Assembly: GCA_001662655.1 (NCBI GenBank)
Contig: KV460206.1
Source: Pseudogymnoascus verrucosus
Taxonomy: Eukaryota
Strand: one strand, 5' to 3'
DNA: 64,000 nt
Under the pieces are notes generated by a model. It saw only the letters and a list, made by a program, of their open reading frames with translations. It was not told where the DNA came from and did no database searches. Positions 1 to 12,360 of this stretch are shown one piece after another. Both the position numbers and the translations under genes were made by a program. Position 1 is the first letter of the stretch, and each line of letters begins with the position of its first letter.

Positions 1-1
1 C

Positions 2-1888
2 AACCCGTATCCGGACTACAACTCGAGCGCGTACCTGCAGGAATACGTTCCAGTAAAGGAGTGCTTCCTTGACGCCAAGACCAATGCCAGGATCCCGCCT
101 CTACGCTACTACGAGGGTAGGCCGGCTGGGTTCGCTGACCATATCATGGGCTCATACGATATGATGGGCTTGCCTGATGATATCTGTTTTGACAGGTATG
201 GAAGACTTGGCCCTTACGGTCACGGCTACTCGTTGCGAAAGGGCGGGCTGGCAAGCGGTATGCATGGCGATATGGATGGAGCAGATCAAGTCTGGAGTGA
301 AGTTCCACAGTACGATTTCACAAATGTCGACTGGGCCGAGGCACAGCTACGGTGTTCTATCTCCAACGCCAAACGCTTCAGATCAGGCGCTGGCGGTGTC
401 ACCAGGAATAACAAGAGGGCAGAACCTGCTGCTAACGTTATTGCCCCTGTTACCACTACAGCTTCTGCGGATTCTACTTCTGCTACCGCCACGCAGCCCC
501 ATGGAATTGGAGCAAAGCTCGTCCACAGAACTGCAGTTGTTATCCGCACGTGGGACGAATTTGTCTACCGCGAGGAGGACATTCTGTGGCTCCGCGGTCT
601 CATTACCGAGCTATCATTGGGCTCTGGTGGTGAGTATGACATTCACCTTCTAGTGCAAGTCAAGGATGAATCGATCCCAGTCTTTGCCGACGAAGAAACT
701 TACACGAAGCACCTCAAAGAGCGCGTCCCTGCAGAATTCCAAGGCATCGCAACGCTGTGGTCTGAGACCCAGATGGTGATGCTGTACAACGGCATGGAAG
801 AGACGAACTTCCGCAACCTGCCAATCCACGGCGTATACCGCGGCCTAATCCAAGCACTGCAGTGGTTTGCCCAGAAACACCCTGAATACGACTTCTTCTG
901 GCAGTGGGAGATGGACGTGCGATACACCGGCCACTGGTACAACCTCTTCCAAAAGATGGATACCTGGACGAAAGCACAACCCCGCAAGTTCCTTTGGGAG
1001 CGCAACAGCCGCTTTTACATCCCGGCCGTTCACGGCAGCTGGGAAGACTTCAGCCACATGGTGCGCGTTCAGACCGAGTCTGGCACCGACTCCCCCGGCA
1101 ACATCTGGTCGGGCCTAAACGAAGACGGCCAATCCGTCAACAACGGTCCCAAAGGCGACAAACCCATCTGGGGCCCCGAGCGCCCCCAGCATGCCGAGGA
1201 CTGGTTCGAGACCGAAAACGACCCCGTCCCCCCCCGCCTCTTCAAAGACGACAAGTACGAATGGGGCGTCGGCGAAGACGCCGATCTCATCACTCTCAAC
1301 CCGCTCTTCGACCCTGACTACACGACCTGGCTCCTCGCTGAGGATGTCACGGGATACAACCGCACCAACGGCCTCCCCCCGCGCCGTGCTTCCATCGTCA
1401 CCGCTAGCCGCCTTTCCCGCCGCCTACTCAACACCATGCACCGCGAGACGGCGATCAAGAAGCACCATGCCTTTCCCGAGATGTGGCCCGCGCAGGCGGC
1501 GCTAAATCACGGCTACAAGGCGGTATACGCGCCGCACCCGATGTTCGTGGATCGCGTGTGGCCGCTGCCGTACCTGGGTGCGACGATGAATAGTGGGCGC
1601 AACGGGGCGACGGGGGCGAGTAAGATGGGGATCTTTGGGGAGAGAGAACATAATTTGTTGGGGATGACGTGGTATTATAATTCTGGGTTTGCGGGGAACT
1701 TGTGGAGGAGGTGGATGGGGCTTAAGGTTGATGAGTTGGGGGGGGAGAAGATGGAGGTTGGGGAGGGGTCGGAGGGGAGGATGTGTGTCCCGCCTGTGCT
1801 GTTGCATCCGATTAAGGGGGTGGAGTTGCCGGTGGAGGAGGTGAGGGTTGATAAGGGGGGTGGGGATGCGATGGGGCCTGGGGCTTAA
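2..1888 (+). CDS. DUF3405-like fungal protein (5' partial)
   Basis: The frame is open from base 2 (NPYPDYNSS...ECFLD) into the 580-aa ORF. Motifs RYGRLGPYGHGY, RTAVVIRTW, FFWQWEMDVRYTGHWY, WGVGEDADLITLNPLFDP and LLHPIK resemble this family. Confidence 0.75.
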   Translation, partial: NPYPDYNSSAYLQEYVPVKECFLDAKTNARIPPLRYYEGRPAGFADHIMGSYDMMGLPDDICFDRYGRLGPYGHGYSLRKGGLASGMHGDMDGADQVWSEVPQYDFTNVDWAEAQLRCSISNAKRFRSGAGGVTRNNKRAEPAANVIAPVTTTASADSTSATATQPHGIGAKLVHRTAVVIRTWDEFVYREEDILWLRGLITELSLGSGGEYDIHLLVQVKDESIPVFADEETYTKHLKERVPAEFQGIATLWSETQMVMLYNGMEETNFRNLPIHGVYRGLIQALQWFAQKHPEYDFFWQWEMDVRYTGHWYNLFQKMDTWTKAQPRKFLWERNSRFYIPAVHGSWEDFSHMVRVQTESGTDSPGNIWSGLNEDGQSVNNGPKGDKPIWGPERPQHAEDWFETENDPVPPRLFKDDKYEWGVGEDADLITLNPLFDPDYTTWLLAEDVTGYNRTNGLPPRRASIVTASRLSRRLLNTMHRETAIKKHHAFPEMWPAQAALNHGYKAVYAPHPMFVDRVWPLPYLGATMNSGRNGATGASKMGIFGEREHNLLGMTWYYNSGFAGNLWRRWMGLKVDELGGEKMEVGEGSEGRMCVPPVLLHPIKGVELPVEEVRVDKGGGDAMGPGA

Positions 1889-2778
1889 AATTTGGGGAAG
1901 GGGGGTGTTGTTGTAATAATTGCTGTGTTTTTTGGATGGGATGGGATGGGCTGGAAGGAGTTTTGGGATGGGATAATGAATTGGATGGAAGGCGTTGGGG
2001 CGGTATTGGTTGGGTGTATCTACTCGCCCTATACCAGGGCGTTAGGATAGACAGGGTTCTATTATAGATGGGGATGGGAGTTGTAGATTGGAGATGCTGC
2101 AATGGGTATATATATTCTCTTGAAGTGGATTTGTCTTTGTGATCTTGTCAGCGTGATCTTTTGCCGCCTTGGACAAAAGCTACTGGGACGTGGCGACGAG
2201 GCCCCATCAGCCAACCATCAACAATCGCATCAGATCCCCCCTACGTCTCAGCAGTAGACTTTCGGTAAGTTAGCTCTGTATTATTTGAGGCGATGTGATG
2301 CGTACGAGGCAGATATGTCGTTGGGTGGTGCCGTTGTCGATTGGTGCTGTTGTCTATTATACTGTTGTCGTCGGAAGCTGTTGTCTCTCGATGCCGCTGT
2401 CACCTATCGAAGTTGCTGTCGGTTAAAACTGTGGCCATCCGATGTCATATCGACAGGTTGGAAAAGCATGGCGGAATATCAGTCTCAGTAACGTCATGAT
2501 ACAGCTGACCGATAGGTATGAAGGTTAATAAGCTCTTTTTTTTTATTTGCTGGCCTCTTTGAGTATGCGACCTCACATACATATATTTCTTGGGAATGTC
2601 GTTTGGTGGACTGGTCTATAGTAGTACTTTTGAGCTTTGGACAAGGGCCTGGAACTTCCCCGTGTAGGTTATTGCGCCAATATGGCTTGATTCCTTCTAG
2701 TATACATATTTCCTACATACACCAATCGTGGATGTCTGATATCCACCACCCCCACGTATCCAAGAACCCCTATCCTAT

Positions 2779-5259
2779 CTACTCCCCCTCACTCCCCGAA
2801 TCAGCAAACATATCCTCCGCCTTCGGCCTTTTCCTAACTGGCTTCTCAACCTCACTCTCCTGCTGCTGCGGTTGCTCCACAACAACCGGTTCCGCAGGCG
2901 GAGGCTCATACGTTTCCTCATCCGCATCAACAACCATAGCCTCACCATCCACGTCACCCTCCTCCTCGTCAGACGGCTCCATAGGCACACCATCTAAATC
3001 CTCATCTTCATCCTCCACCATCGGCTCACCATCCACATCCTCCTCCTCCCCGCCACCACTACCCGCAATAGCATCCGCACCAACAGCCCGTTCAACAGCT
3101 TTCCACCTCCCCCCTCCCTTCTTCTCCTCAACCTCCTTCTCCTCCCTCACCGGTATCTTGAAAGCCTCTACGAACCCTTCTTGCGCCTTGGCAGGGAACA
3201 CGCACCACCCCTCCCACAGCGAAAGTACCTGTCCCACACTCCTCCGCCATTTTTCTCCGCGCATGCGACCCCAGCCCATACGTCGCTCCAGACTAGCGAG
3301 GTATTCGAATGTCTTTGACCGACGGAGCGCGGATTCAATTAGAGAGCGGTAGCGCCAGGCGTGGCGGATGCGGGATGTGGAGCAGGAGGAGAGGAGAGAG
3401 GAGATGAGGTGGAGGGCGTTGAGGGTTGCAGGGGTGGTGTCTTCTTTCTCCCCTGCTTCCTTCCCCTCTACTCCATTTGCTGGGGGAGGGGGCCGGTATG
3501 AGGGGTTGGCGGAGGTGAAAGAGTAGGGATGCGCGACGTTCGCCACAAGTGCTTCGACCACCTCGTCAGCGCCACGCCCGGCGTGAGTTATGGCAAAGGC
3601 GGTTACGCGTGCTACATCCCCCTTTCTCAATTTCCCCGTCGTAGTAGGGAGGCGGGCGAGGAGGTGCGTTAGTTTTGCCCTGGCGAGGGGGTTGAGGTAA
3701 CCCGGTCCACCCTCGTCTTCTTTCCCGCGCCCCGCTGCTGCTTCGTCGCCGGAATCTTCCTCGTCGTCGTCAGAGTTATAAGCGGCATCTTCGACGAACT
3801 CATCGAGCCGCGTGACGAACTCGAAGGGTAGCCCGGACTCAGGCGCCTTCCACGCCGCGCTGTCTTCGAAGAGGGGGACGTAGCGACCAGAGCTGGGAGA
3901 GGAGGATGTCATCATCTCCCACAGCCGGTAGCGGTAGTATACACCCCCCCCACTCCTGGCGTCCCACAGCCACGCCCAGCGGGGTTCGCGCTGAACTTCT
4001 GGTCTGCTCATCAGCAGCGCCTCGAAGGCCGGGCCGTGCGTGAGAAGCGACTCGATGGTTTTGTGGATGACGCGCAGCTCTTTGATGTCAGATGGTTGCC
4101 GCACTGGGACGTGGAGGATGGGTCCTAAAGGCCCGCGTGGGGTGGAGGCGTAGGAAGTCGGGGGAGCGATGCCGCGGTACTGGTTCGGTGCGAATTGTTG
4201 CGTGTTTGGGGCCCCTTCGACGACTACTGGTTTCGCGCCGAATGGATGCGCAGCTGCTCCTGCGGCGGAACCAGCTCCGCGCCCGCTGCCGGCGCCGACG
4301 GTGGATGACTCCAGCGCGGCAGACGATAAATGTCGATGCAGCTCGAGACAGAATCCAAACCCCAAATACTTATTCTGCAATGCATGCACAGCGGCATCAA
4401 TATCATTCGCCGCCGTCTCCTGGGATAGCGTCACAATGGCCGTCATACTCCTTCTTTCCCCTCCTGCTACCCCTCCAGGTGGCGGAGGCAGGATTTTCAC
4501 AGCATCAACAGTCAACCCCGGAATCAACGCCTTAATCGCTGCCGTCGACGTCCCCGGCGGCAACTGCGCAAGTCTCAACGTCGGCTTCGCCAGCGCCGGC
4601 TCTGCTCTCCCGCCTGATGCCCTCCCACCAGCCGTCCTCCCTGCCGCAGTATCATCTTCCTCCTCATCATCCGAGGCACCGAAACCGCGTGGTGTGGCGC
4701 GGGGAGGCGAGTCGTCGAAGCCTAGGAGGGCGCCCCTGTCGCCCTTCTCGCCACCGACGCTGCGACGAGAGCCGGTACTGCTGCTGGTGTTGAAAGACGC
4801 CTCGAAACCCCTCTTCCTCGGCGGCGGTCCGGGGATGGGTCCTAGACTCCCTGGCCGGCTCATTGAGCCGCTCATTGAGCCGCGCATTGGTGGCGGTGGT
4901 GGTCCGCCGAACCTCCTTCCACCGCGATCATTGTAACCGCCGCTTTGTTGTCCTCTTGTATACCCCCCTCCTCCTCCACCCCTTCCATACCCTCCTCCTC
5001 CTCCTCCTCCGCCTCTTCCATACCCCCCGCCATCTACAGGGTAAGCATTCGGGTTGCCACCGCCCTCATCATCATCAAAGCTCTTCACAAAACTCTCATA
5101 CACAGCCTTCGTCTCTGCCTCCTCCCTTACGCGCTTCGCCTCTGCCTCTGCGCGCTGTTTTTCGAAGAGGGATTTCTTGGTTAGGGCGTGGAGTTTGTTG
5201 TCTATGGCTGGAAATTCCTTGATGTGTTTGTTGTTGCCGCTGGGGGCGGAGTTGTCCAT
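2779..5259 (-). CDS. U2 snRNP-associated SURP-motif/CID-domain protein (U2SURP/SR140-like)
   Basis: Single long ORF with first ATG at 5259. It has N-terminal KKSLFEKQRAEAEAK...VYESFVKSF, an RGG-rich tract, a SURP-like IHKTIESLLTHGPAFEALLM...YYRYRLW segment, a CID-like ALHLISSLLS...AWRYR...WEGW segment and an acidic DVDGEPM tail. Confidence 0.75.
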   Translation of the reverse strand: MDNSAPSGNNKHIKEFPAIDNKLHALTKKSLFEKQRAEAEAKRVREEAETKAVYESFVKSFDDDEGGGNPNAYPVDGGGYGRGGGGGGGGYGRGGGGGGYTRGQQSGGYNDRGGRRFGGPPPPPMRGSMSGSMSRPGSLGPIPGPPPRKRGFEASFNTSSSTGSRRSVGGEKGDRGALLGFDDSPPRATPRGFGASDDEEEDDTAAGRTAGGRASGGRAEPALAKPTLRLAQLPPGTSTAAIKALIPGLTVDAVKILPPPPGGVAGGERRSMTAIVTLSQETAANDIDAAVHALQNKYLGFGFCLELHRHLSSAALESSTVGAGSGRGAGSAAGAAAHPFGAKPVVVEGAPNTQQFAPNQYRGIAPPTSYASTPRGPLGPILHVPVRQPSDIKELRVIHKTIESLLTHGPAFEALLMSRPEVQREPRWAWLWDARSGGGVYYRYRLWEMMTSSSPSSGRYVPLFEDSAAWKAPESGLPFEFVTRLDEFVEDAAYNSDDDEEDSGDEAAAGRGKEDEGGPGYLNPLARAKLTHLLARLPTTTGKLRKGDVARVTAFAITHAGRGADEVVEALVANVAHPYSFTSANPSYRPPPPANGVEGKEAGEKEDTTPATLNALHLISSLLSSCSTSRIRHAWRYRSLIESALRRSKTFEYLASLERRMGWGRMRGEKWRRSVGQVLSLWEGWCVFPAKAQEGFVEAFKIPVREEKEVEEKKGGGRWKAVERAVGADAIAGSGGGEEEDVDGEPMVEDEDEDLDGVPMEPSDEEEGDVDGEAMVVDADEETYEPPPAEPVVVEQPQQQESEVEKPVRKRPKAEDMFADSGSEGE

Positions 5260-6788
5260 TTTCGCAGTCTCAGCTTGGTGGATGGGGCCGCGCCCTGGGG
5301 TTATGGATTGTGGTGCGTGAATAGGCACTGTAGAGTGAGTAGTGCTGAGAAGCGGTTTATGTGTTGATGGCGATCGGATTGCACATCTCTATCCTGCCTG
5401 GTAGATGCCAATGTGTTGCGTGTGCGCGCCGTGGGTTTGTTCGGAGCCTCGTTCGGATGGTGGAAGATAGATGAGGTTGATAAGAGGTACGAAAGTTGGA
5501 CCGCGCGACGCACGGACCATTGCCGTTTGACAGCTAAAGCTTGACATTGTTGGGCCTAGATATCAGATGGTATGTTTTGAAGTTAGATATTTGACGTAGA
5601 GAGATCTTGGAAGCAATAAGGAGGTTATATATCTTTATTTTTAAAGGAGGTTTGTGATATTCTAGAGGGTTAGGCGGCATATGGAGAGGCTTCGACTGAG
5701 GGAGCTGTTATACGGATAATCGGTCGCGGAAGGGATAGTGAGTCGTTCACCGTCATTTCCTTAATATAACCTTTATCATACCTATACACAATAAATTAAG
5801 TATGAACTCATGCAAATCATTTTTGTAGTGGAATACTCTTTATCTAAAGCCTGTGAGTGGCTTAAGGGGTTTCAATTGAGTCTACAGCAGTTGCAAGCCA
5901 GATTTACCAAGGCCCCGAAGTCACCACCGCAGTCACCACGACCGACGACGAGGGATAAACAAAGTGTTCACAACAGCTCAAACTAAAGCCTTTAAGAAGA
6001 AGATAATTAAACAGGATACTGCCGCTGCCGTTCCTTGGAATGAGTCGTCAACCAACCGAACCAAGCCAAACCAATCGGACGACGGCGCGGAATGTCTTCG
6101 GGACCATTAACTAACTATAAGGCCCCGAAGTAGTCCTGGCTAAGCTGGCTAAGCTGAGGCTCCCACGACATGTGGCAGAGCACCCGCGGCACGGCGAAAC
6201 TCAGGACGCTATTCTACTCCCATTCTAGAACCCAAGAACTAGCTTGGTGGACACGGCTGATCTCACCGTCTTCACTGCCTTGGCGCGGACTTTGTAGGGG
6301 AAGAGGGGAAGAGGGGAAGATCTCAGCGGGGTAGCACCAGCCATTTACTATATCTTCGGCGAAATGTCTGGCCAAGACCGGTGATTTATCAAAACGCCTC
6401 ACAGCCGCTTTAAGCATCGCGTCTCTGTGCGCAAAGCAAGCTACCACTGAGCTACTCTAAATCCACCATCTCTACCCCAGACCCCACGTCCCCAAATGAC
6501 GGGATTTTCACGACCGAGGATGGGAGGGACGGAAGCGTGCAGGCTTGTCTGTTTGGTGTCTGCTAACTTAATCGGCCCGTTGAATGCGTATTCTTCCCGT
6601 CATTCATCACCAGACTGCAGAAAGCAATATGGACTGACTGACTGCATAGCTTCTAGGCAAAGGACGGGATGGGATGGGATGGCGAGGAAACAAGTATATA
6701 AGGTTGTGAGCAAAGTCTGTTGATCAGCACTTCATTCGAACCACCATTCGTTTCAGTCGCTTCAAGCCCTTTTCAAGCTCTTCTCACC

Positions 6789-8731
6789 ATGAAGTTTATC
6801 TCTCCTTCGGTCGCGGGACTCGTCTCCTTGCTGGCATCCCACGCAATTGCTGCGCCGGGTGGGAACGGTGATAATGGTCACGGATCGCACGGATCTAGCC
6901 CATCGTCTCGCCTTGACAAATTCGTCGCGGCTGAGAAGAAGATCGCGCTGCAGGGTGTCCTGAACAATATTGGTCCTGATGGATCGAGAGTTCCAGGAGC
7001 AGGTGCCGGTTTCGTTGTCGCGAGCCCTTCTAAGGTTGACCCAGATTGTGAGTATATCCCGTGATGGAAGAACTACTCGGAACTTGGACTGACTTCATCT
7101 TAGACTTCTTTTCATGGAGTCGCGATGCCGCCCTGACCATGCTGATGATCGTCGACGAGTTTGCCTTCAGCGGCGACAAAAAGCTCCAAGCCAAGATTGA
7201 GCAGTACATTACATCCCAAGCCGTTCTCCAGACCGTCTCCAACCCATCCGGAACCTTCCTCCCCCAAGGTCTCGGCCTAGGAGAGCCCAAGTACATGGTC
7301 GACGGCAAGAGATTCAACGGCGCCTGGGGCCGACCCCAGCGCGACGGGCCAGCCCTCCGCGCCATCACCCTAATGACCTACAGCAAGTGGTTGATGAAGC
7401 ACGGCCAAGCCAAGAAGGCGAAGAATGTAATCTGGCCAATCATCTCGAACGACCTGTCCTACGTCGGCCAGTACTGGAACCAGACCGGCTTCGATCTGTG
7501 GGAGGAAGTCAACGGCTCCAGTTTCTTCACAGTCCAGACGTCCCACCGCGCTCTCGCTGAGGGTCAACAGCTTGCCCGCGACCTCGGCGTCAAATGTACC
7601 GGTTGCGACCAGGCGCCGCAGGTTCTCTGCTTCCTCGAGGACTTCTGGAACGGGAATCACCTCGTCGCCAACATCAACACCAACACCGCCCGCAGCGGCC
7701 TAGACGGAAACACCCTCGTCGGCCCCATAACCGTCTTCGACATCAACGCCAGCTGCTCCAGCCCAACCCTGCAACCCTGCCATAGCAAGACCCTCGCAAA
7801 CTTCAAAGCCCTAATCGACTCCTTCCGATCCGCCTACAGCATCAACAAGAACATCCCCGCCAACTCCGGCGTCGCCGTGGGGCGATACACAGAAGACGTC
7901 TACTACGGCGGACACCCCTGGTACCTCCTCACCACCGCCTCAGCCGAGCTCCTCTACGACGCCATCGCGCAGTGGAAAACCCAGCGCTTCATCTCCGTCG
8001 ACTCCACCTCGCTGTCCTTCTTCAAAGACCTCTACCCCTCCATCAAAACCAAAATCTACAAATCCAACACCAAGGAATTCACCGCCATCCTCGCCGCGAT
8101 CACAACCTACGCCGACTCCTTCGTCGCCATCGCCCAAAAATACACACCAGCCGATGGCGCACTCTCCGAGCAATTCAACCGCACCTCCGGCGCCCCATTA
8201 TCCGCAACACACCTAACCTGGTCCTACGCCGCCTTCGTAACTATGTCCCGCCGCCGCGCCGGCTCCTTCCCCCCCACCTGGGGCTCCTCCCGCGCCGCCT
8301 CCCCTCCCAAGACCTGCTCCCCCGCCACCTCCTCCACACAAGGCGTCTACATTCCCGCCCTCGCCGCCGGCGCCCCCAACGTAACAGTCGGATGCCAAAT
8401 CCAAGTCGGTATCAACCTCAACGCATCCACCTATTACGGGGAGAACATCTACGCCGTCGGCTCGTCGGATGACTTCGGGGCGTGGGATATCGATAATTCG
8501 TACCCCCTTAATCCGGGGGGTTATACGGCGGAGAGGCCGTTGTGGACGTTGAGCGCGTATTTGCCGGCGGGACAGGAGATTAGTTATAAGTTTGCGAGAC
8601 AGCAGGATTGTGGACAGCCTTGGGTGTATGAGAGTGGGAATAGGACGTTGACGGTTCCGCCTTGTGGGGGACAGGCTGTGACGATTGAGGATGCGTGGGT
8701 TGGGCCGGTGGGGACGTCGGGGGGGTGTTAG
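6789..8731 (+). CDS. Secreted glucoamylase, GH15 with C-terminal CBM20
   Basis: Signal peptide, then one intron at 7048-7103 (GTGAGT..TAG) restoring PDYFFSWSRDAA. GH15 motifs WGRPQRDGPALRA, GFDLWEEV, GRYTEDVYYGG and LTWSYAAF are present, and the CBM20 has GENIYAVGS...GAW...YKF. Confidence 0.95.
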
Positions 8732-10035
8732 AGGGGGGAGAGAGAGAGAGGGAGGGAGAGAGGGAGATAGAGGTTTGTTGTTCTTTGTATGGTTTGTAAA
8801 GGGGGTGGCACTTGTTTATTTGGTGCCGCGCATATACAGAATTTTACTAAGATGGGGGTTATTTACAGAATACTTAATGTATATATACACCGAGCGGGCC
8901 ACTTTGATGCGCCAACGCTATTATTGATAATGGCAAAAGTTTTATAACAAAGCAGAGATGTTGCCTGAACTGTTCAGACCTCAATCTCCCTTTGGAATAC
9001 TTGACATGAGATCGAGTGGAACATATATCAACACATCAACACCCGCGCCCCCCAGCCTGTTAGACATTCACCCCAGCAATTTCTTATGATTCACAGAACA
9101 TACATCACATCACATCACATCAAAACGCACACACAAAGATCATGTTATCAAGAGCTGGTATTCACTATCCCTCAGCCCCATCTCACAGCTAGTAGCCCAC
9201 CACTAAACTGCAGCGCATGCATGCAACTCCTCCGCAAGAGCTCACCACTACGCAAATAATCCCCTCACCTCAGAGCTCCAAGCCAGCCATCTCAAAGCTC
9301 CGACTGCTCGCTCTCCCCCCTGGAGGCTGCTCTCTCAATATTCCCCAATAGTTTATCATCCCCTCATCCACTCAAAGCCAGGCAATAAATACGCCCGACT
9401 CTGTCTCTTGTCTCTCTTCGCCAGTTTCGCTCAAATTAAGTAAAAAGAACACCCCATAAAAGCCCCCGATTTCTCTCTTCGCGCTGCTGTTCCCCCCCAA
9501 CCATAACCCACAGGGTCAGAGGGCGAGGGAAAACAAACAAACCGCGTTTGTCTATTTGTTTGCCACTATCCCCTTCTCAAAATAACTTTGAGGATTCAGT
9601 GACTACGGGATGTAAAGTAAAAAAAGTCCTGCCCCGCGCGCCCCCCTGGATTCCCATCTTTCGCCCGCCTTCCCCAAATAAACGCCGTGTGCAATGCAAG
9701 AATGAAGTAACAAAAAAGGTTAACGGTCGCGATGATAACGACGAAAGGTTGATCTGTGTTTATGTGCGGCTCCCCGGTTGTTCGGGAGGGTATGTGTTTG
9801 TTTTTTTGCCAGACTCCGAGGTCGTGAGTGGCGCCGCGAACATGCATCAGGAGGGTCCTTGTCGTTGTTTGTGTGTGAAAAGGAAAATGAGAGTACGAAG
9901 CTTTTGGGTGTGAATCGTGGTATCGTGAAAACAATAATCTACAGTTGCGGATAATGTGGTAGTACACCGAGCTGGATGAGCAGCAAGGTAAAGAGTTGAT
10001 CGAGACCCGTTTGCGTCCGTGGTTTCGAAGGTGGT

Positions 10036-11010
10036 TTAGACCTTTTTGAAATCTTGATGCTGTTAGTACTGTGCCTTTTGCGACAACAGAAGGGATGGAA
10101 ATTACCTTGGAGCACGGGGTAGATCATCTCGAAGGCCTGGTAGATCTCCTCTCTGACCTTCGCGCCCGTCAGGACGATCTTGCCCGACACGAAGATGAGC
10201 AGCACGATCTTGGGCTTGATCATACGGTAGATCAGACCAGGGAACAACTCCGGCTCGTAAGAGCTGAAGTTGTGATGCTTGGAAGCCAGACCCTCGAGGC
10301 GGATGGGGAACTTGATGTCGCACGAGCCGACAATGTTCTGGATCTTGAAGTCGGTGAACTTGGCGTTGAAACCGAGCTTCTGGATGATGCGCGCGTACTT
10401 GCGCGACGCCAGCTTGGAGTCATCCTCCGACTTCGCACCCGTCACGACCATCTTGCCCGAGGCGAAGATGAGCGCCGTTGTCTTTGGCTCGCGGATACGC
10501 ATGATCACGGCGGCGAAACGCTGGAGACAAGGTCAGTTAGCAAGGACGAAGCATGAAAAAACTTGCGGCGCCGATGCCAGGATCTGGGTGGTCAGCAGTA
10601 CCTTTGGGTTGTATTCCGCGTTCCTCGCATGCAGCGCGATCGTCTTGAGATCCAGCCGACAATCAAGGTTGACGGTGGCAACGATATTTCTTTAGGAACA
10701 TGCGAGATAAGCCTCTAGATTCTACCAAGGAGCCAGAACAGGGTCATACATACTGCAAGGTAGGAACAATTCCGCTGACTCCCTGAGTCGCGCCGGGAGT
10801 GGCAGCCGGTGTCGCGGGAGTCACCCCGTGGCCGTTGGCCTGGACTGCCTGACCTCCATTCGCACCCTGCTTCTGCTGACCATTCATCTTCTCGGCCTCA
10901 GAAGAGGGTGGAGTGAGATCGCCAGCGCCACCTGGGAAGGAAAGAGAGCCGGGCGCGATGAAGGTCTTCGCCTGCATCGCGTTCTCAGGATGAGTCTGGA
11001 TAGAGTTCAT
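10036..11010 (-). CDS. SPT15: TATA-box binding protein
   Basis: Four exons join as ...[68 protein letters not shown]...YPVLQ|DFKKV*. The stop is at 10036-10038. Confidence 0.97.
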
Positions 11011-12122
11011 CTTGGCGGTATTTGTGATTTACGATCTACGAAACGTGCGCGCAAGGTGAAGTATCGTTGTGTGTGTTGTGTGTGAGGCTATCGAGAGAAG
11101 CTTTGTCAGATCGATGTCAGACTTGAGTGGAGGTGTTGACGTTCGAAGTTCGCGGTAAGATCGCTAGTTCGAAGTCGGAAGAGAAGGGAGGGTAGGTCGC
11201 GGAGGGAGAGAGAGAGTGAATTTGTGTGAAAGAGGTAAAGAGGTAGACGTCGAGAGAAGTAACTAGTCTGGCGCCGTACCGTTTGCGGGAGATAAACAAG
11301 TCAATGTCTCCCCTACAGTCGCTGCTCGACGTGAAGGATGATGGTTCTTTCTTTTCGTGAAGTCTTGGTTGTTTTGTGGAAAAGCGACGATGACGATGTG
11401 GTCGACTCGGTGATCGACTCGGAGTGACCGTGATCGCGACAAATTCCTGAGGGAGTGAATGAAGAGTGAGAGAGAGAGCGTGTGTTTTCGATCTTCTTCT
11501 TCTGCTTCTTGTTGTTGATCTGGCAACTTTTTGATGAGTTACGTAGTGTCTTGGGTAGTGGGGGGTTGGTGGGGGAGAGGAGGGGAAGTGAAATGGTTGT
11601 TGACGACTACGTTGGCCGAAATGTGTGTTCAGGCTCGCAAAAGGATCGAGAAAAACAACCGGGAGATGGGCTGCCTATTTAACTCGCGGAAGTTGCTGCC
11701 TTGTTGCCTGGCGGGGGCAAGACAGAGATACCTAAGTTCCAGGTGGTGGCGCGAGATTACTAGATTTGATTTAGTGTGGATGTTAGGGTGGTGTTGGTGT
11801 GATCTTGGGTGATTTTTGGTGGTGGGAGCGTGTTATGAGTGGCTGATTAGCGTGGACTAGTGGGTAAGAGTGGGTGAGATTGGGACTAGCATGTGGATGA
11901 GACGGGTTTTGGGGGCAACAGGAGTTGAGGAAGGAGCCAATCAGAAGGACGCGTACGTGGACAGAGACATGGGATAGTCTGGGATAGTCTGGGAAGGAGT
12001 GTACTGGGTACTTTGGATATTGGCAAGTAGAGGGTACATCAGTCAACAATCCTTGTCAAATCCCAGTCCACCACCACCACAATCTCAGTCCAGACAAGTC
12101 TTGTTGAAACAGGGGCTAGATG

Positions 12123-12360
12123 TATCTCACAGCAGAGTTTTGTATGAAGTGTACATCTAGCACCCCCATGTGAAAGAATCTCACAGCACCGTTCACAGTA
12201 TGGGCAAGTATCCTCACAGCAAAATTTAGTATGAAGAGTACATCCAAACACCATGCAATACCCAACAACCCTCCAACACCCACCCTGTGAGGAATCTCAC
12301 AACGCCGTTCACAGCTGCCGCAAGTATCTCACAGCAGATTCACAGTGAAGTGTACATTCC
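12123..12360. repeat. About 2.5 degenerate copies of a ~75-115 bp intergenic repeat
   Basis: TATC(C)TCACAGCA..TGAAG(T/A)GTACAT recurs at ~12123, ~12209 and ~12325. TGTGA..AATCTCACA..CCGTTCACAG recurs at ~12169 and ~12286. Confidence 0.7.

Noticed and set aside
2603..5320. Long + strand ORFs opposite the SURP gene (and similar shadow ORFs elsewhere)
   Set aside because: They are antisense shadows of GC-rich coding sequence.
11088..11542. Possible 5' UTR intron of TBP (GTAACT donor, CTGAC branch, TAG acceptor)
   Set aside because: Plausible but there is no reading-frame constraint to test it, so transcript data are needed.
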